A program made the translations under genes and the position numbers. From NCBI RefSeq assembly GCF_006345805.1, contig NW_021835996.1:124001-188000 (forward strand): DNA of 64,000 nucleotides. The letters run 5' to 3'. The notes under the pieces are model-generated. The model was not told where the DNA came from and did no database searches. It was given only the letters and a program-made list of their open reading frames with translations. Numbering within the stretch: the first letter of the stretch is position 1; each line of letters starts with the position of its first letter. This DNA comes from Octopus sinensis (taxonomy: Eukaryota). Positions 40,760-53,322 of the stretch are shown here, one piece after another.

Positions 40760-41240
40760 AAAAAGTCCGCGAGGAAAGAAGAACTCGATCTACGAGCATT
40801 TCCAGAGAACGGTTATGTCCCGGTCAAACGGATAGCTTTCGCGTAGCCGAAATCCTTTGTCTCAGCCAGGGGGATTTACGTCCAGGAATTCGCGATAAGG
40901 AGTTCGACGTCCTTCAATAACTTGGCTGTTTGCGGTCCGAAGGTCTCGAAAGCCAAAGGGACAAAGGAATGTTGTACTTCTCGACATGTGGGCTTCCGCC
41001 AAAGCCGCGGCCGATCCAGGAGATGATGCTGATGAGAGTTTTGCCGATGGGGACCAAGTGTCTGTGCACGTAGCGTCCCAGATCAGGCATTTGCCATTTC
41101 GAAATAAGAAGGTTGTCATTTATCGAAGCGTTTGCCGTCCTCCCTGTCAAAACCGACTGGTACATATGGGAAATCGGCAGCATTGAATGGTCTCGAGATG
41201 ACGTCGTTGAGTGCCCCGTTTGAGGCAATTCTGCTATTTG
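40760..41240 (-). mobile_element. 5'-truncated CRE element 3' end (RLE domain)
   Basis: HGALNDVISR...DREDGKR...MTTFLFRNGKCLIWDATCTDT..S...PGSAAALAE. Confidence 0.78.
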
Positions 41241-42442
41241 ATATGAAAAGGCCAATCTCTTTATAAATCATATGTGAAAAATAAAAAATTTTGAGATTTA
41301 AATGCTTCCTTAATATGCTTCAAATTTGTTTCATTATCGTAATTTCCCTTTAGTTTTACAAATTGATTTTCCCATCTTATTGGAATGTTTTGTTCGAATG
41401 TGATTACAAGATCAGGTCCAAACTGATATGAAACGATAAAAAAATTCACTGACGAAAAGTGTGACACTTTGTGCTCATATAGTTTCCAAAATCAGAGTAC
41501 AAAAAATCAAAAATTAATTAGTGCTCTTAATGTCAAATTATTTCAAACATTTTTTTTTAACAAGATAAATACACGCTTATTTTCTTTATTCATTTGAGAC
41601 ATTTGAGATAAAAATTTATAATGGAAACATTTTTTTTTATTTTCAAAAAAAACTTTGAAAAATTCATTCATTTTGCCTTTCGGAACCACATTTTTCTCTA
41701 GAAATGTCAAGAGTAGATAGAATGGATAATTGTTTATGGTTATCTATCTGCAATTCAAATTAGGAGGTATCTTGTAGTTGGTCTCTGATGTTAGCGTTCT
41801 CTTAATAGAAACGAATTGAAAATACGTTTTTTAACATGCCTGTTTTCCAATTTCTTTTTAAGCACGGCCAAGCGAATATTGCATTGGTTGCTTTTTTAAG
41901 GGATTATTTTCTCGATAAACCATTCTCAACAACAGATAGGAATGAGTGGATTTTCAGTTTATTGGGGATCATAAACCTCTAGTAATTCTATATACAATGA
42001 AATAGGACAAAATGGTTTCAAAATAAGCTACTTAAGAAAATTAATTCATTGAGATTTATATGAAAACAACTGATCTTATTGGAAAGTATCTCGTCTAATG
42101 CTAAGAAAAATTATTGTTTCATTTCTTGTTATAAATAAATTTAATGACTTTTTCAATATACCGGCCTCCTTTCTATACCGGACAATTCTGTAGGTTCTAA
42201 AAGAAATCGGTTTAGAGGGGCCTGACTGTAGTGATTTTAAATTCAACTCCCTAACATTGAAAATATCTTTTATTCATCAACTTGTGACTCATTGCTAGTA
42301 AAATATCTAAACATTTATTAAATTTATAAATATTGTCCTCGAACAAATGTTTCAATTGACAGCTGTATACATATTGAAATAAATCAAAAGTTACAACAGG
42401 TGTGTACAAGAATATATAAACCCTGAAAAAGAGGTGTAGAAA

Positions 42443-42650
42443 ATGTTTTTACTTGTAATTTTGTTAACGGCATGGACAGAGGAAGGTAGTTACTCACTAA
42501 TAGATCCAGGAGGTCAAATGTGCCTCAATTCAAAGTGCTACACTTTGTTCAAACATAAAATGGGTTTTTTCGACGCTGAAAAGTATTGTCGATTTATTGG
42601 AGGGGACTTGGCGGTTGTCCCTGACTCTAAGACTAATAAATTCCTTGTTG
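42443..42650 (+). pseudogene. Secreted C-type lectin 5' part, cut off by the inverted CRE arm
   Basis: Signal peptide MFLLVILLTAW, then CLNSKCY...FFDAEKYCRFIGGDLAVVPDSKTNKFL (CTLD first half). The WIG motif and QPD/EPN loop are absent. Confidence 0.7.
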
Positions 42651-44573
42651 GTTTGTAGTTCTAAAACTATAATGCAAAGATAATGACAACCTTCCTATTT
42701 CGAAATGGCAAATGCCTGATCTGGGACGCTACGTGCACAGACACTTGGTCCCCATCGGCAAAACTCTCATCAGCATCATCTCCTGGATCGGCCGCGGCTT
42801 TGGCGGAAGCCCACATGTCGAGAAGTACAACATTCCTTTGTCCCTTTGGCTTTCAAGACCTTCGGACCGCAAACAGCCAAGTTATTGAAGGACGTCGAAC
42901 TCCTTATCGCGAATTCCTGGACGTAAATCCCCTTGGCTGAGACAAAGGATTTCGGCTACGCGAAAGCTATCCGTTTGACCGGGACATAACCGTTCTCTGG
43001 AAATGCTCGTAGATCGAGTTCTTCTTTCCTCGCGGACTTTTTTATTTTCACTTTTGAATTGATTACATTTGGCTGTAATAGCAGAGTTAACTGCCCAATA
43101 TGGTTATCTCCACACTCTTGCTGAAAATATTGTTATTCCTTCTTTTAAAATTTCGTTAAAAATGTGCAAAAATCGTTCAAAGATAATAAAAAGACCACTC
43201 TCAGTAATAATACAGTTCGTTCGAAAAATGTCCATTCAAATTAAGGACATATTGTGTGATAAATTGAGAAGAATTAAATTTTTTGAAAATGCTGCTTTTT
43301 TCTCAAAACATTTATTTATTTTGAAATCAGAAATAAATTTCCATTTTCATAGTTTAATAAATATTCAAATTCCACGATGAATCTATACTATTCGAATCTA
43401 TAATGTGACTGTTTGTGTTGGGTTTGCTATGCATGCTTAAGTGGCCATAAATTTGATTACAAAAACAGAAGGGGTACATTATTCAATTAAGGAAGCATTT
43501 ACTGATCTGGAATTTAAAATCAAATATTTCGACACATATTTGTGTTCAGAACTAATTGCGATAATGGACAACATCGAGAGTGATATATCCAGAGTTATCC
43601 TTAATTTTGAATTCGTGAATTATAAGTTATGCTAATAAGCAATGGTTTATTGATAAGCACAGACATTCTAAAAAGCATATTCTGAGAATCCCAGATACGA
43701 ATAATACTTTGGATACTCATAGTAAAAATGAGGCTACTGCTGATTGTTTTGCCGTGGATCTTGCAAATGCATTTTTATCAGCAAATATTCCACTTCATAA
43801 GTTACAAAATACATCAATTATTGAATTATTAACACAGTTTCAAATGAACAAATTGTTTTAATGATTGACGAAAGTGATTTTGGAAAAGAGAAGTATATTA
43901 ATTGTCTTGTTGGAACTTCAAATCTATTTCATGTCACTTGTGTGGCTCATTTATTACATAATTGTGCCTTCAGAATTAAATCACATTATCCAGAGGTAGA
44001 TAAATTGATATCGTGCGTCAAAGCACTTGTTGTGAAAAATAATTCACGACGTCAATTATTTACAGAAATTGGATATCCACCCGAGCCCATTGTAACTAGA
44101 TGGGGCAGTTGGTTAAATGCTGCTGACTATTATGCAAAAAATTTAACACAAATCATCAATATTTGTAATGGTATAGAAGAGGAATCTTTATTGATACAAA
44201 AAGCAAAGGAATCCGTTATGAATGAATTTCTTCATACGAATTTAAAAGACATAAGCCGGGAATATCATTTATTAACAGATATTTTAATGGAAATTGAATC
44301 TAATAAATTAACTATTTCAAGAGCGTATCATTTTTTGAAAAATGTTGATTTTAAAGAAGATTCCTGCAAAATTCGAGACTACATAAGCTTACGAATTTCA
44401 AGAAACGACATTTTCAAAATAATGGAGTTATCTAAGCTACCAATTACTCCATTTCACCACGCATTATTATTGGATTGCCCGGCAACATCGTGTGAAGTAG
44501 AAAGACCATTTTCTATTCTTCACAAAATTTTAATCAAAGATAGAAATTTCCTACCTGAAAATGTTAAATATTA

Positions 44574-46367
44574 TGTGACAGTCCGAATAAAATACACGCC
44601 GAATAATCTACACTTGTCACAAATGGCTGAAAAAATTAGAAATCTAAAAATTAGTATGAAAAAAATCAATAATTGATTATTTATTTTAGTAGAATCACAT
44701 TATTATTTTTTATTTAAAAAGCGTGAAACATGCGTGTAGTGAGATTATTTAAGGAAACACTGGACAAAATCAAAGAAATGAAAGACTCCAACTTTGATAC
44801 ATCGTCAATCGAGCGGCATGAGCGATACAGGCTCACAAAATTGGGAAAGAATTTCCATTTGAAAATGGAAAAACATATTTTCGAAAAAATGGGCTTAAAT
44901 TGCGTTTTTTCTGTGAAGATGAAATCGAATTAAAGCTTAAGTGCGTTGAGGTCCAACTTAATAAATAAAATTTAGGCGGAACATAACTATAACCACTTTG
45001 GGAGAGACCGGCTTTTTTCGAAATTAAGAAATCTCTATTATGGATTGAATAGAGAAGAAATCTCTAAGGTGATTTCGAATTGTGCTTTCTGTCAGGTAAT
45101 AACTCCTTTTAGTAAATATTCTTAGTCGAAAAAATTATTGTCTACGAAGCCTCCGATTACGCCAATCATTGCAAGGAGATGTAGGGACAGATACATTGCG
45201 GATTTAATTGACCTCAGAAGATATTCGGCGTTGAATGATGGCTTTAGCTGGGTATGAATTTAATGTTAATAAATAGATTTTGGTAATTGTGGATTCTTTT
45301 TCCAAATATGTAATGCTTGAACTGTCGGTGACCAAATCTTCTGAAGAAATCGCAGATTTATTCCAAAGAATTTTTTATTATGTCGGGCCTCCGCTTATTC
45401 TACACACTGATAATGGAAGGGAATTTTGCAATTCGCAAATGGATGCTCTATGTACGAAATATGGTATAAAACATGTACGTGGGAGGCCTCGTGCTCCTTG
45501 GGTACAAGGGCAAGTCGAAAGGTTAATGATTTAAAATCGATTTGTAGATTTAATCAAAGCATAAAACGCTGGATATCGTCGGCAAGTTCTTCTCAAAATT
45601 GTTTTGGACGATATCGCGAATGCATAAAGGACATCGTGTATGATTACAATAACAGCATTCATTCTTCGACAAAAAAATCCCTTTTTATATATTCATGGGT
45701 GTTGAAAATCCTGGAAGGATTGATGAAGGGGGAATGGAGCAACTTTTAGCCTATGATTCAACTGGATTATCAGAGGCACGAGAAAGTGCATTAGAAAACT
45801 TAATTATTGCTGGCGAAAAAATGATTGAAAAAAGAAAATGGAGATACGACGAAGAAAATATCAATGTCGGAACGACTGTGCTTTTAAGGTCTCAAGCGTC
45901 AAATTAATTTTTAGACAGGACAACGATGCCAATGTTCGGCAGTATCCGCTGTACGATGGACTTGATGTTAATAAGTATATTGTTGTCGAGCGAAGAAATG
46001 ATCTCTATGTTATCGAAAAGGAGGACGGTGAGCGGTTACACGGAATTCATATTTCTCGATTAGCTAAAATTGATTAATTTTCATAAATCCATAATAAAAA
46101 TAATTTTTTATTTAAATTAACGATAAATTTTATATGAAAATTTTATTAGGATAACCTAAATGGAATAACAATATTCAAACGTATAAGTTAACTGCGTAAA
46201 TTGAGTGTGGTTGGTTTTGTTTATATAAATTAGTAAAAAAGGTTAATGAATTTTACATTAAAAATCATATTTTTAATAATAATTAAACATTTTGTTGTGT
46301 AAATTTTTAATTTCAGTAAAATTAAAGAATGTAATTATTCGGCGTGTATTTTATTCGGACTGTGACA
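44574..46367 (+). mobile_element. Ginger2/TDD transposon with five mini-introns, 34-bp TIRs, 5-bp TSD TATTA
   Basis: TIR TGT(G/C)ACAGTCCGAATAAAATACACGCCGAATAAT; TSD at 44569-44573 and 46368-46372. Splicing 25/30/25/26/26-nt introns yields HNYNHFGRD...CAFC, ADLID, HTDNG, QGQVER. Two 1-nt frameshifts. Confidence 0.9.
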
Positions 46368-46377
46368 TATTATTTAA

Positions 46378-47580
46378 TGTCACCGTCCAGACCGGCCGAG
46401 GCGCCAGATCGGTCAGGTCAATTATCTAAATACAAAACAAATATTTTTCCTACAAAACATTTCATCGCAAAAAAATATTGATAATAAAAAATAAAATCTT
46501 ATTAATAAAAAAGTTATAAAAAGTTGAAAAGATTAGCATTAATCAATGGTTTTAGTTGAATTAATTCGAGACACTCTCGAAAAAATTAGGGAGTATTTGG
46601 AATCAGGCCACCTTGATGATTCCTTGAGTTCGGAAGAAAGGGCACGAATACGGAGATATGCAAAAAAATTTAGTTTCAAGGAGAACAACACCTACATTTC
46701 TAAAAATGGCTCAAAGTTGCGTTTTTTTGTATCGAAGACACTGAACTTAAGTTAAAATTCATTGAAGTAGTGTATTTGTTTATTTAAATTAGGCTCAACA
46801 CAATCTTAATCACTTTGGACGTGATAAATTGTACAGTTTATTGACACTCATATTGTAAAATCGGGAGAAAAAATGAAAAGGCGGAGAAAATGGAAATATG
46901 ATGAAGCTGAAAGTGGCGATGAAATTTTAATACGCCATGATGGGGATGCAAACCCGGGTTATAGAAAATACCCATTATACGACGAGATATCTGCACAAAA
47001 ATATATTGTGAAAATTAGGGATCGAGAACTCGTAACGATAATTAATGAAGAGGTTGAAAAAGATCAAAGGATACATATTACGAGAGTAAAAAAACTTTAA
47101 CTGCAAATATTCATGGGGTTCGTTCTGTGTTTTTTCTTGTGTCATATTTACCTAATTGTGAAATAATTGTCCCATTGTTACAAATTCGACGCGGCCGAAG
47201 GCCGCATAGGGAAAAATATTCACATTGAATCATCCGGCCGTAGGCCGGATTGTATTTTAGGGTTTTAATGATACAAATAGAAATTTACAACATTTTTAAA
47301 AATTAAAAATGGATTTTTCTAATAAACTTTATTGTTGAGAATTGTTTGGCTAACCTTGGTTAAAGCGTTTTTAAATAAAATGCAAAATCAATACGGTAAT
47401 TATCTGGAAATGACTGGATGTTGGTTTTTTTATGAACTCGTAACTTCAATATTTAGGCAAAAATAATATTAAAATCAACGAAAGAATGAACAGAAAAAGA
47501 AAATAACTTCCGAAAGGTAGTTTTTATTAAAAATTTTATACATAACCGATCTGGCGCCCCGACCTATCTGGACGGTGACA
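46378..47580 (+). mobile_element. Internally deleted Ginger2 element, about 38-bp TIRs, 5-bp TSD TTTAA
   Basis: TIR TGTCACCGTCCAGA...GGCGCCAGATCGGT; TSD at 46373-46377 and 47581-47585. The N-terminus (with a 26-nt intron at 46767-46792) is joined directly to the C-terminus; the DDE core is missing. Confidence 0.88.
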
Positions 47581-49099
47581 TTTAATGTTGTGCTTTAATA
47601 AATAAATCTCACGTTTTCTTAGGGCAACTTTTTATGCATATTATGTCAACTTTTTTTATTTTTTAAAGCAATTTAGTTGACTTTTAAGGTCAATTTTTTT
47701 ATATTTTTAAGAGCAACTTTCCGGTTGCCCTAATTATAACTCGTGAACCAGAATAAAACCTGCCCATGATCTTTACTTAATTCATCGAATTTTACAATAA
47801 AAACATTAAATTGGTAACTGCTGATAAAAATTTTTCAGCCCATCGAACAGAGGTCTCAAAACATAATTTTCCTGTTTATTCATCAGAACTCGTCTTGTGA
47901 ACGAAATCTTTTATTGGTCGAGGTGTTGACGTCCCTCTTCTGCACTAATCATTAGTGACTAATGTCTTTCTTACGTTTGGTATCCGCTAGCACAAGACTC
48001 AATCCCATGTACAATAAACTTCACCTCACAAGATTTCATAACACAAGGTGTCCATCCATTGTTTGCAAAAGACGAAAATAACAGAACATGAAAGATAATA
48101 GATTACACGCTTATTTCTTTCCCAACGACCTTTTTTATAACGGCCTGGGTTTAAAATCAACCAAAAATTGGACTAGCATGTATCCCGGATGAGGTCCGTC
48201 TTAAATAGGATTTTGGTGTTTAAAATAAAATAGAGAACCAGACCCAATAACCAGGGGAAAACGTATTAAACGACAGCTGAAAATGTAAAAGACCCTGATA
48301 CTCTCAGAGATATATTAAGCAACCGCACATCCTAGAAAACAGTCTTATGTCAGACATATGTAGAAACGTAATTAATTTTTCTTCACATTATGTTCTTATG
48401 ATAGTAAAAATCATAATAATTGTCACGCGTCATAAATGAAACGCGTGACTACAACATTCTTTGATTATTATTTCTAATGTTTTGCTGAAAAAAAAATTTT
48501 GATACAAATCAAAGGACGAAGAAGCGAAAATTAAAATATTTTTATCATCAACAAATCTTTAGTTGTGGACTAGCTGAAATCTCAATTTTGGAAAATGTTT
48601 TGAAGAGTTTTGCTCTCAAATTGGGCGAATACGTAGAATCGGAAGAAAAATCTCAAGACAATTGTTGAAAAAGCACATCAATTGAAACTGGATACCCAAT
48701 TTCATTTTCTCAATTCTTGAGGAGATTGGCGGGAACGATTATTAAAATGAGGAGAGAAGTGTGTTCGTTAAAAAACTCTGTAAAAATAGAGAATTTTATT
48801 TTGTTCTCTTTTTTATTTTGTTTGGACAAAACTGGATTTAATTACGGTCCGAAATATAAGTTGTTTTTATTTTTTAAAGGCTAAGTTATGTTTGTCTTCT
48901 AAAAATTCTATTTTTGTTAAAATAAATCAATCATTCAATAGAAAAAAATCTAGAAAATGAGTGTTCCGTTTTTTATTTGTATCGCTGTATAGTGACTGAA
49001 TGTATTTGATAGTTTGGAGAGTTTTTCCTAGTCTGGACTAATTAATATGAAAAATATTTTCTCCCATTACCTAATACTACCCCTTTTTTATTTTTTAAA

Positions 49100-50100
49100 G
49101 TTGTTTGATTCCATAAAACACCGTTTTTAGGTAGTCAAATAGTTTTTGATTATGGCATTACAACAACGAATCCAGAATTTTCAATTTACACGTCTTATTG
49201 ACTGAAGAGTCAAAAAGGATGAAATACCTGTGTATTTTGGATGCTTTTGAGTTGTCTTCTTTCGCGTTTGAACCATCTAGAATTTACCACTCAACTCCTC
49301 ACTGACATTTGTCGAAGAATTTTTTCGAAAATTTCCTCAAAAATAAACGATCGGATTTTCATTAACAAGAAATACTGTTGCCGAACACATTAATGAAATT
49401 GCATTGTCGACAAAGACTCCAGGACAAAACAGTGTCTATTATTCTGGATGGGTAGAGTAACATTCATTATGAACCTGTAATTTGTGTTTCGGTTGTAACA
49501 TCGGATGGAGAAAGCTATCTAATTGACACCGTGGGCACCTTTGGACACATTGCGGAGTATCTTTAATCTGTTGCATTACAAAATGCAAAATGATTCTATA
49601 AAGATTAGTCATGTTGTAAAAATTTGGAAAGAAGTTAAACAGACTCATATTGACTATGATTTTAGAAAAAGTGAAAACTCGAGCTAATTATCATTGAAAC
49701 CTTCTCAATTACTTGCAAATCTACTGGACCCCGCATGTTGTGGGAAATCTATTTTTACTGTCGAGATTGACATCGCTTTAGAGTATTGTGCTAAACAGTA
49801 TGAATATGCTCTTCTGACTCGAATTAATTTCAGAGCTAGAGGTAAACAATTTAAACAATACACATTTGCTCCAAACATATTGAGTAAAGTATCACCTATA
49901 GCTGTTCGGAGTCGAATTCTTGTCAGTTACTTTCTGAAACAATTTCACTTTTCAAAAAATTCTTGAAGCAGCCACTTTAACAGGTGAAATAAAATGAATT
50001 TTTTCTACCTTTGGATTCTTAAATTCGAATTTACTAAATAGGCTTAAAATTGAAAAGGCTGCCAAACTTGTGTTTATTTACAAGCATTTAAATAAGTCTT
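49100..50100 (+). mobile_element. Degenerate hAT transposase remnant
   Basis: Fragments LLANLLDP and RLKIEKAAKLVFIYKHLN (hAT C-terminus), with many stops. Confidence 0.5.
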
Positions 50101-50119
50101 ATTAAAATTAAAAAAATCA

Positions 50120-52920
50120 TGTTTTTTAACAACCCTGATGTTAATGTTAATAAATTACCTACGTTATATTAATCAAAATGATGTAATAATAAAAGAAGAA
50201 TTTTTATTATCTGAACACCTTGAACTCGACACAAGAGGGTTAACAATTTTCAAAACTATTGAACAATATTTGTGGAGACATGAAATACCCCTTAGCAATA
50301 TTATTGCTTGTTCAACAGATTGTCAATTACACGAGCAGAGAATTTGTAGATAATTGTTATTACTTTATCATTTTAGTAAATTGATTTTATTGAAAACTGA
50401 TATATCTTATCTAGCTGATATTTTTCATAAAATTAATGAAGTAAATATTAGCTTGCAGAGAAACAAGATTAATTTAATGTAAAAGAAATTATACCTTTTA
50501 TTGAAAAATTACATCTCTATGAAAACTCTATGAAAACACTTATCATCTATATTTGAGTACTATATGCGCTTGGCACTTAATACTACCGTGCTCCGTCCTC
50601 TTCGGACCATGGAGGATATCGACGACCTCGATGCCTATCTGAGGTCATAAATTGTCGAATTTTTGGAACAATTTACGGAAAAGAGATTATGTAGAGCATC
50701 GGGCCCTTGTTTCGCCAAACAGACAAAAAACTGTCGATGCTTATAACGAAGAAGGGCACCCTTCAGAATCGCAGGAGGAGGTGTTCCAACGTGGAAGTCA
50801 GAAATCAGTTAAAAGTTGAAATCGACCACCTCAAGACGATGATAGTTGAAATTGGGAAAAAGAAAATAGAAAAATCATGGAGGAAGGAATGCCGAATGCT
50901 GGATAAGAGAAATCCAAAGTTTGAACAACGCGGAAGGGAAAGGCAACAACATTGTGTTAAAGGGGCAAGATGGAAAGTATATCCCCTCCGATCTTGTCCC
51001 GGATGAACTAAGAAGGCAGCTGGGTAGAACCCAAGAAGTCGAACCTGAATCAATTATTCCACAAAAGACCTTTGAGAAAGTCACTTCAAGGCTAGAATCT
51101 CTAAATCTTGTGAATGGACCTCTATGCGAGGCTATTACCGAAAAAGAGACACAAGAAGCGATAGCAGGGCTGAAAAACAAGGCCCCTGAATTCGACTACA
51201 TACCTGTGTTACTTCTTAAGAAGGCTCCGAGGATCCTCCTACGGGCTCTAACTATGCTTTTCGACGCTAGTTTTACTTTTGGTTATCTTCCGCCCACCTG
51301 GAAGTGCACAGTCGTTCGTATGATCCCGAAACCTGGGAAAACAAGTCTCCTAGCGCTTTTTCGAAGATTATGGAGAAAATAATTTTTGAAAGACTCTCAT
51401 TACATGTTGAAAAGAATAATCTGCTTTCCGTTGTATAATGGGGTTTTCGTCCTGGGAAATCCACGGGAAACTGCCTGAAGGTTCTAGAAAGGGAACTTTC
51501 TTGGGCAATACGTAATAAATCTTGCACGACTGCTGTGTGCTTGGATTTGTCGAAGGCTTTTGACTGCGTCTGGCACCTTGGACTTCTGGAAAAAGTTTTG
51601 GAGACTGGTGCAGGTGAAAAAACATTCAAATGGCTAAAGAGTTATCTCTACGAGAGGAAATCTTATGTACGGTGCGGAAATCGACTATCGGACTGTGTGG
51701 ATCTCAAAAGAGGTGTCCCTCAGGGTTCTATACTGAGCCCTCTATTATTCAATCTTTTTCTTGCTGACATCCCGTTACCTACGGGTCGATCGAGTAATCT
51801 CATTGTATACGCCGACGACATTCTCGTAACTGATGTCTCGAGACGGAGTGATCTGTCATGGCGAAGGCTCGAACCACACCTTGCCAAGATAATGGAATGG
51901 ACTCGTGAAAAGGGTCTAACGCTGGCCCGTGACAAGACCACAGTGTGCAGGCTGTCAAAGCGGAGGAGCGAAACTGGTCGTGTCTTTGGAGTTGGGGACT
52001 TGAAACTTTTGCAGAACCTCCAATAGATGCCAGAGACTCCTATGGAAATCATATCGATACCCAAAGGAAGAGAGGCGTTAAAATCCTACGAAGCCTGATT
52101 AGATTTCATCTGAGTCCAGAAACATTCATCTACGTTTACAAGACATGTGTACAACCGGTTCTCACCTACGGGTTTGAGGGCTGGTATGACACAGGTGAGA
52201 GGGTTTGTCTAATCGACAAACTCGAGAAAACGAGGCGTTACGCCATTAAGTTGGCCTACGGCCTCGATCTCAAAGGAAAGTTGGATAACTCATATGAATC
52301 CTGCGTCCCCAAAATACAGTCCGTCCTGGAGAAGGAGCGTTTGTTTTTGTAGTGGACATCAGATATCAGGGAAATATGCTGCTAAGTAGAGACACTCCGG
52401 TGCCTCATTCTTTTTAAAATTTTCCGTCGTCGATAATGGCAGTTTTTCCTGTCTTCCTAACTAGTAAAATAAATAAATTGTATTGTACAATATTAAGTAA
52501 AAGATTTTTATTAATTTTTCAAGTCTACAAAAATTTGGGGTTGTTTTTTGTAATAATATTTATCAAGTCAAAAAAATTAACGGATTCGGACTGTGAATGC
52601 TTTTGTTTTCATCTAAAAAATAAGAGACGACATTAAAATTCGCTTTGAAGATTTAGCAAATTTAAAATTTTTTGATTGGTATATAAATCCATTTAAAACT
52701 AAAAACGTAATTTATTTTAAGAAATAACAGAAAATTTATTGAATCTGAAATATGATTTAGAAGCTAAAGTCATTTTTAACAAACATGGATATCAACATTC
52801 TGGATTACATGAAAAAAAATATTCTCAATTGTGCAATGAAGTTGAAACGCTTATAATATCATTTCCTTCAACATATTTGGTTGAAAGTGTATTTAGTGCA
52901 GTCACCAATTAGGAAACAGC
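50120..52920 (+). mobile_element. Buster/SCAND3/ZBED5-like hAT remnant split by a LINE
   Basis: LRYI...IKEEFLL...TRGLTIF...IIACSTD, YLADIFHKINEVNISLQ. After the LINE: RFEDL...NPFK and FPSTYLVESVFSAV. Confidence 0.7.
50550..52475 (+). mobile_element. Jockey-like LINE (RT), frameshifted
   Basis: LKNKAPEFD, WKCTVVRMIPKPGK, GFRPGKST, LDLSKAFDCVWH, GVPQGSILSPLLFN, YADD, YKTCVQPVLTYG. Ends in a TAAAATAAATAAA tail. Confidence 0.8.
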
Positions 52921-53322
52921 AAAGTATGAATATTTCAAAACACGTAATTGAATGAATACTTTTTAAACAAAGAAATTAGCTTGAGTTTTAAACATTATTT
53001 TGATCACTTATCTATTTGAATTGTCAAAAGTCTTTGTTATTAGTCATTTCTTTGAAAAAGGAGACGACCGTGCCAATTTATTTATCATTCTCTGTTCAAA
53101 TACGTTCAAACTGGATAGTCTTTATACGCCACAGCTAGATTTCAACTGTTTTATTTTCCAAAAGTCGGTTACAAAGAAATGCCTTTACGGAATAGGCAAG
53201 ACATAACTGGTAGGACGAACCATTAAATTAAATCCACAACCCCAATTTGCCTAACTCAATGACCTAACCTCCCTGTTAATATAAAAACCAAATTTTTCTA
53301 CAAAGATCAAAAAATATTAAAA

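Larger units (their letters stand above)
40434..43368. repeat. Inverted duplication: about 690-bp arms (40434-41122 and 42680-43368) around a 1.56-kb spacer
   Basis: The ORF track shows near-identical peptides on opposite strands (MTTFLFRNGK..., MAVIAELTAQ...). Only a few SNPs between arms. Confidence 0.92.
43370..47732 (+). mobile_element. hAT transposon (DUF659-type), 5'-truncated, with two nested Ginger2 insertions
   Basis: IDES, HVTCVAHLLHN, PIVTRWGSW, CPATSCEVERPFS. Right TIR TTTCCGGTTGCCCTA at 47718-47732. Removing both insertions restores ...ENVKYYLMLCFNK*. Confidence 0.85.

Noticed and set aside
47232-47250. GTAGGCCGGAT similarity to enterobacterial REP sequences (contamination or HGT)
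   Set aside because: Only an 11-nt match inside a eukaryotic transposon; no other REP structure or bacterial genes.
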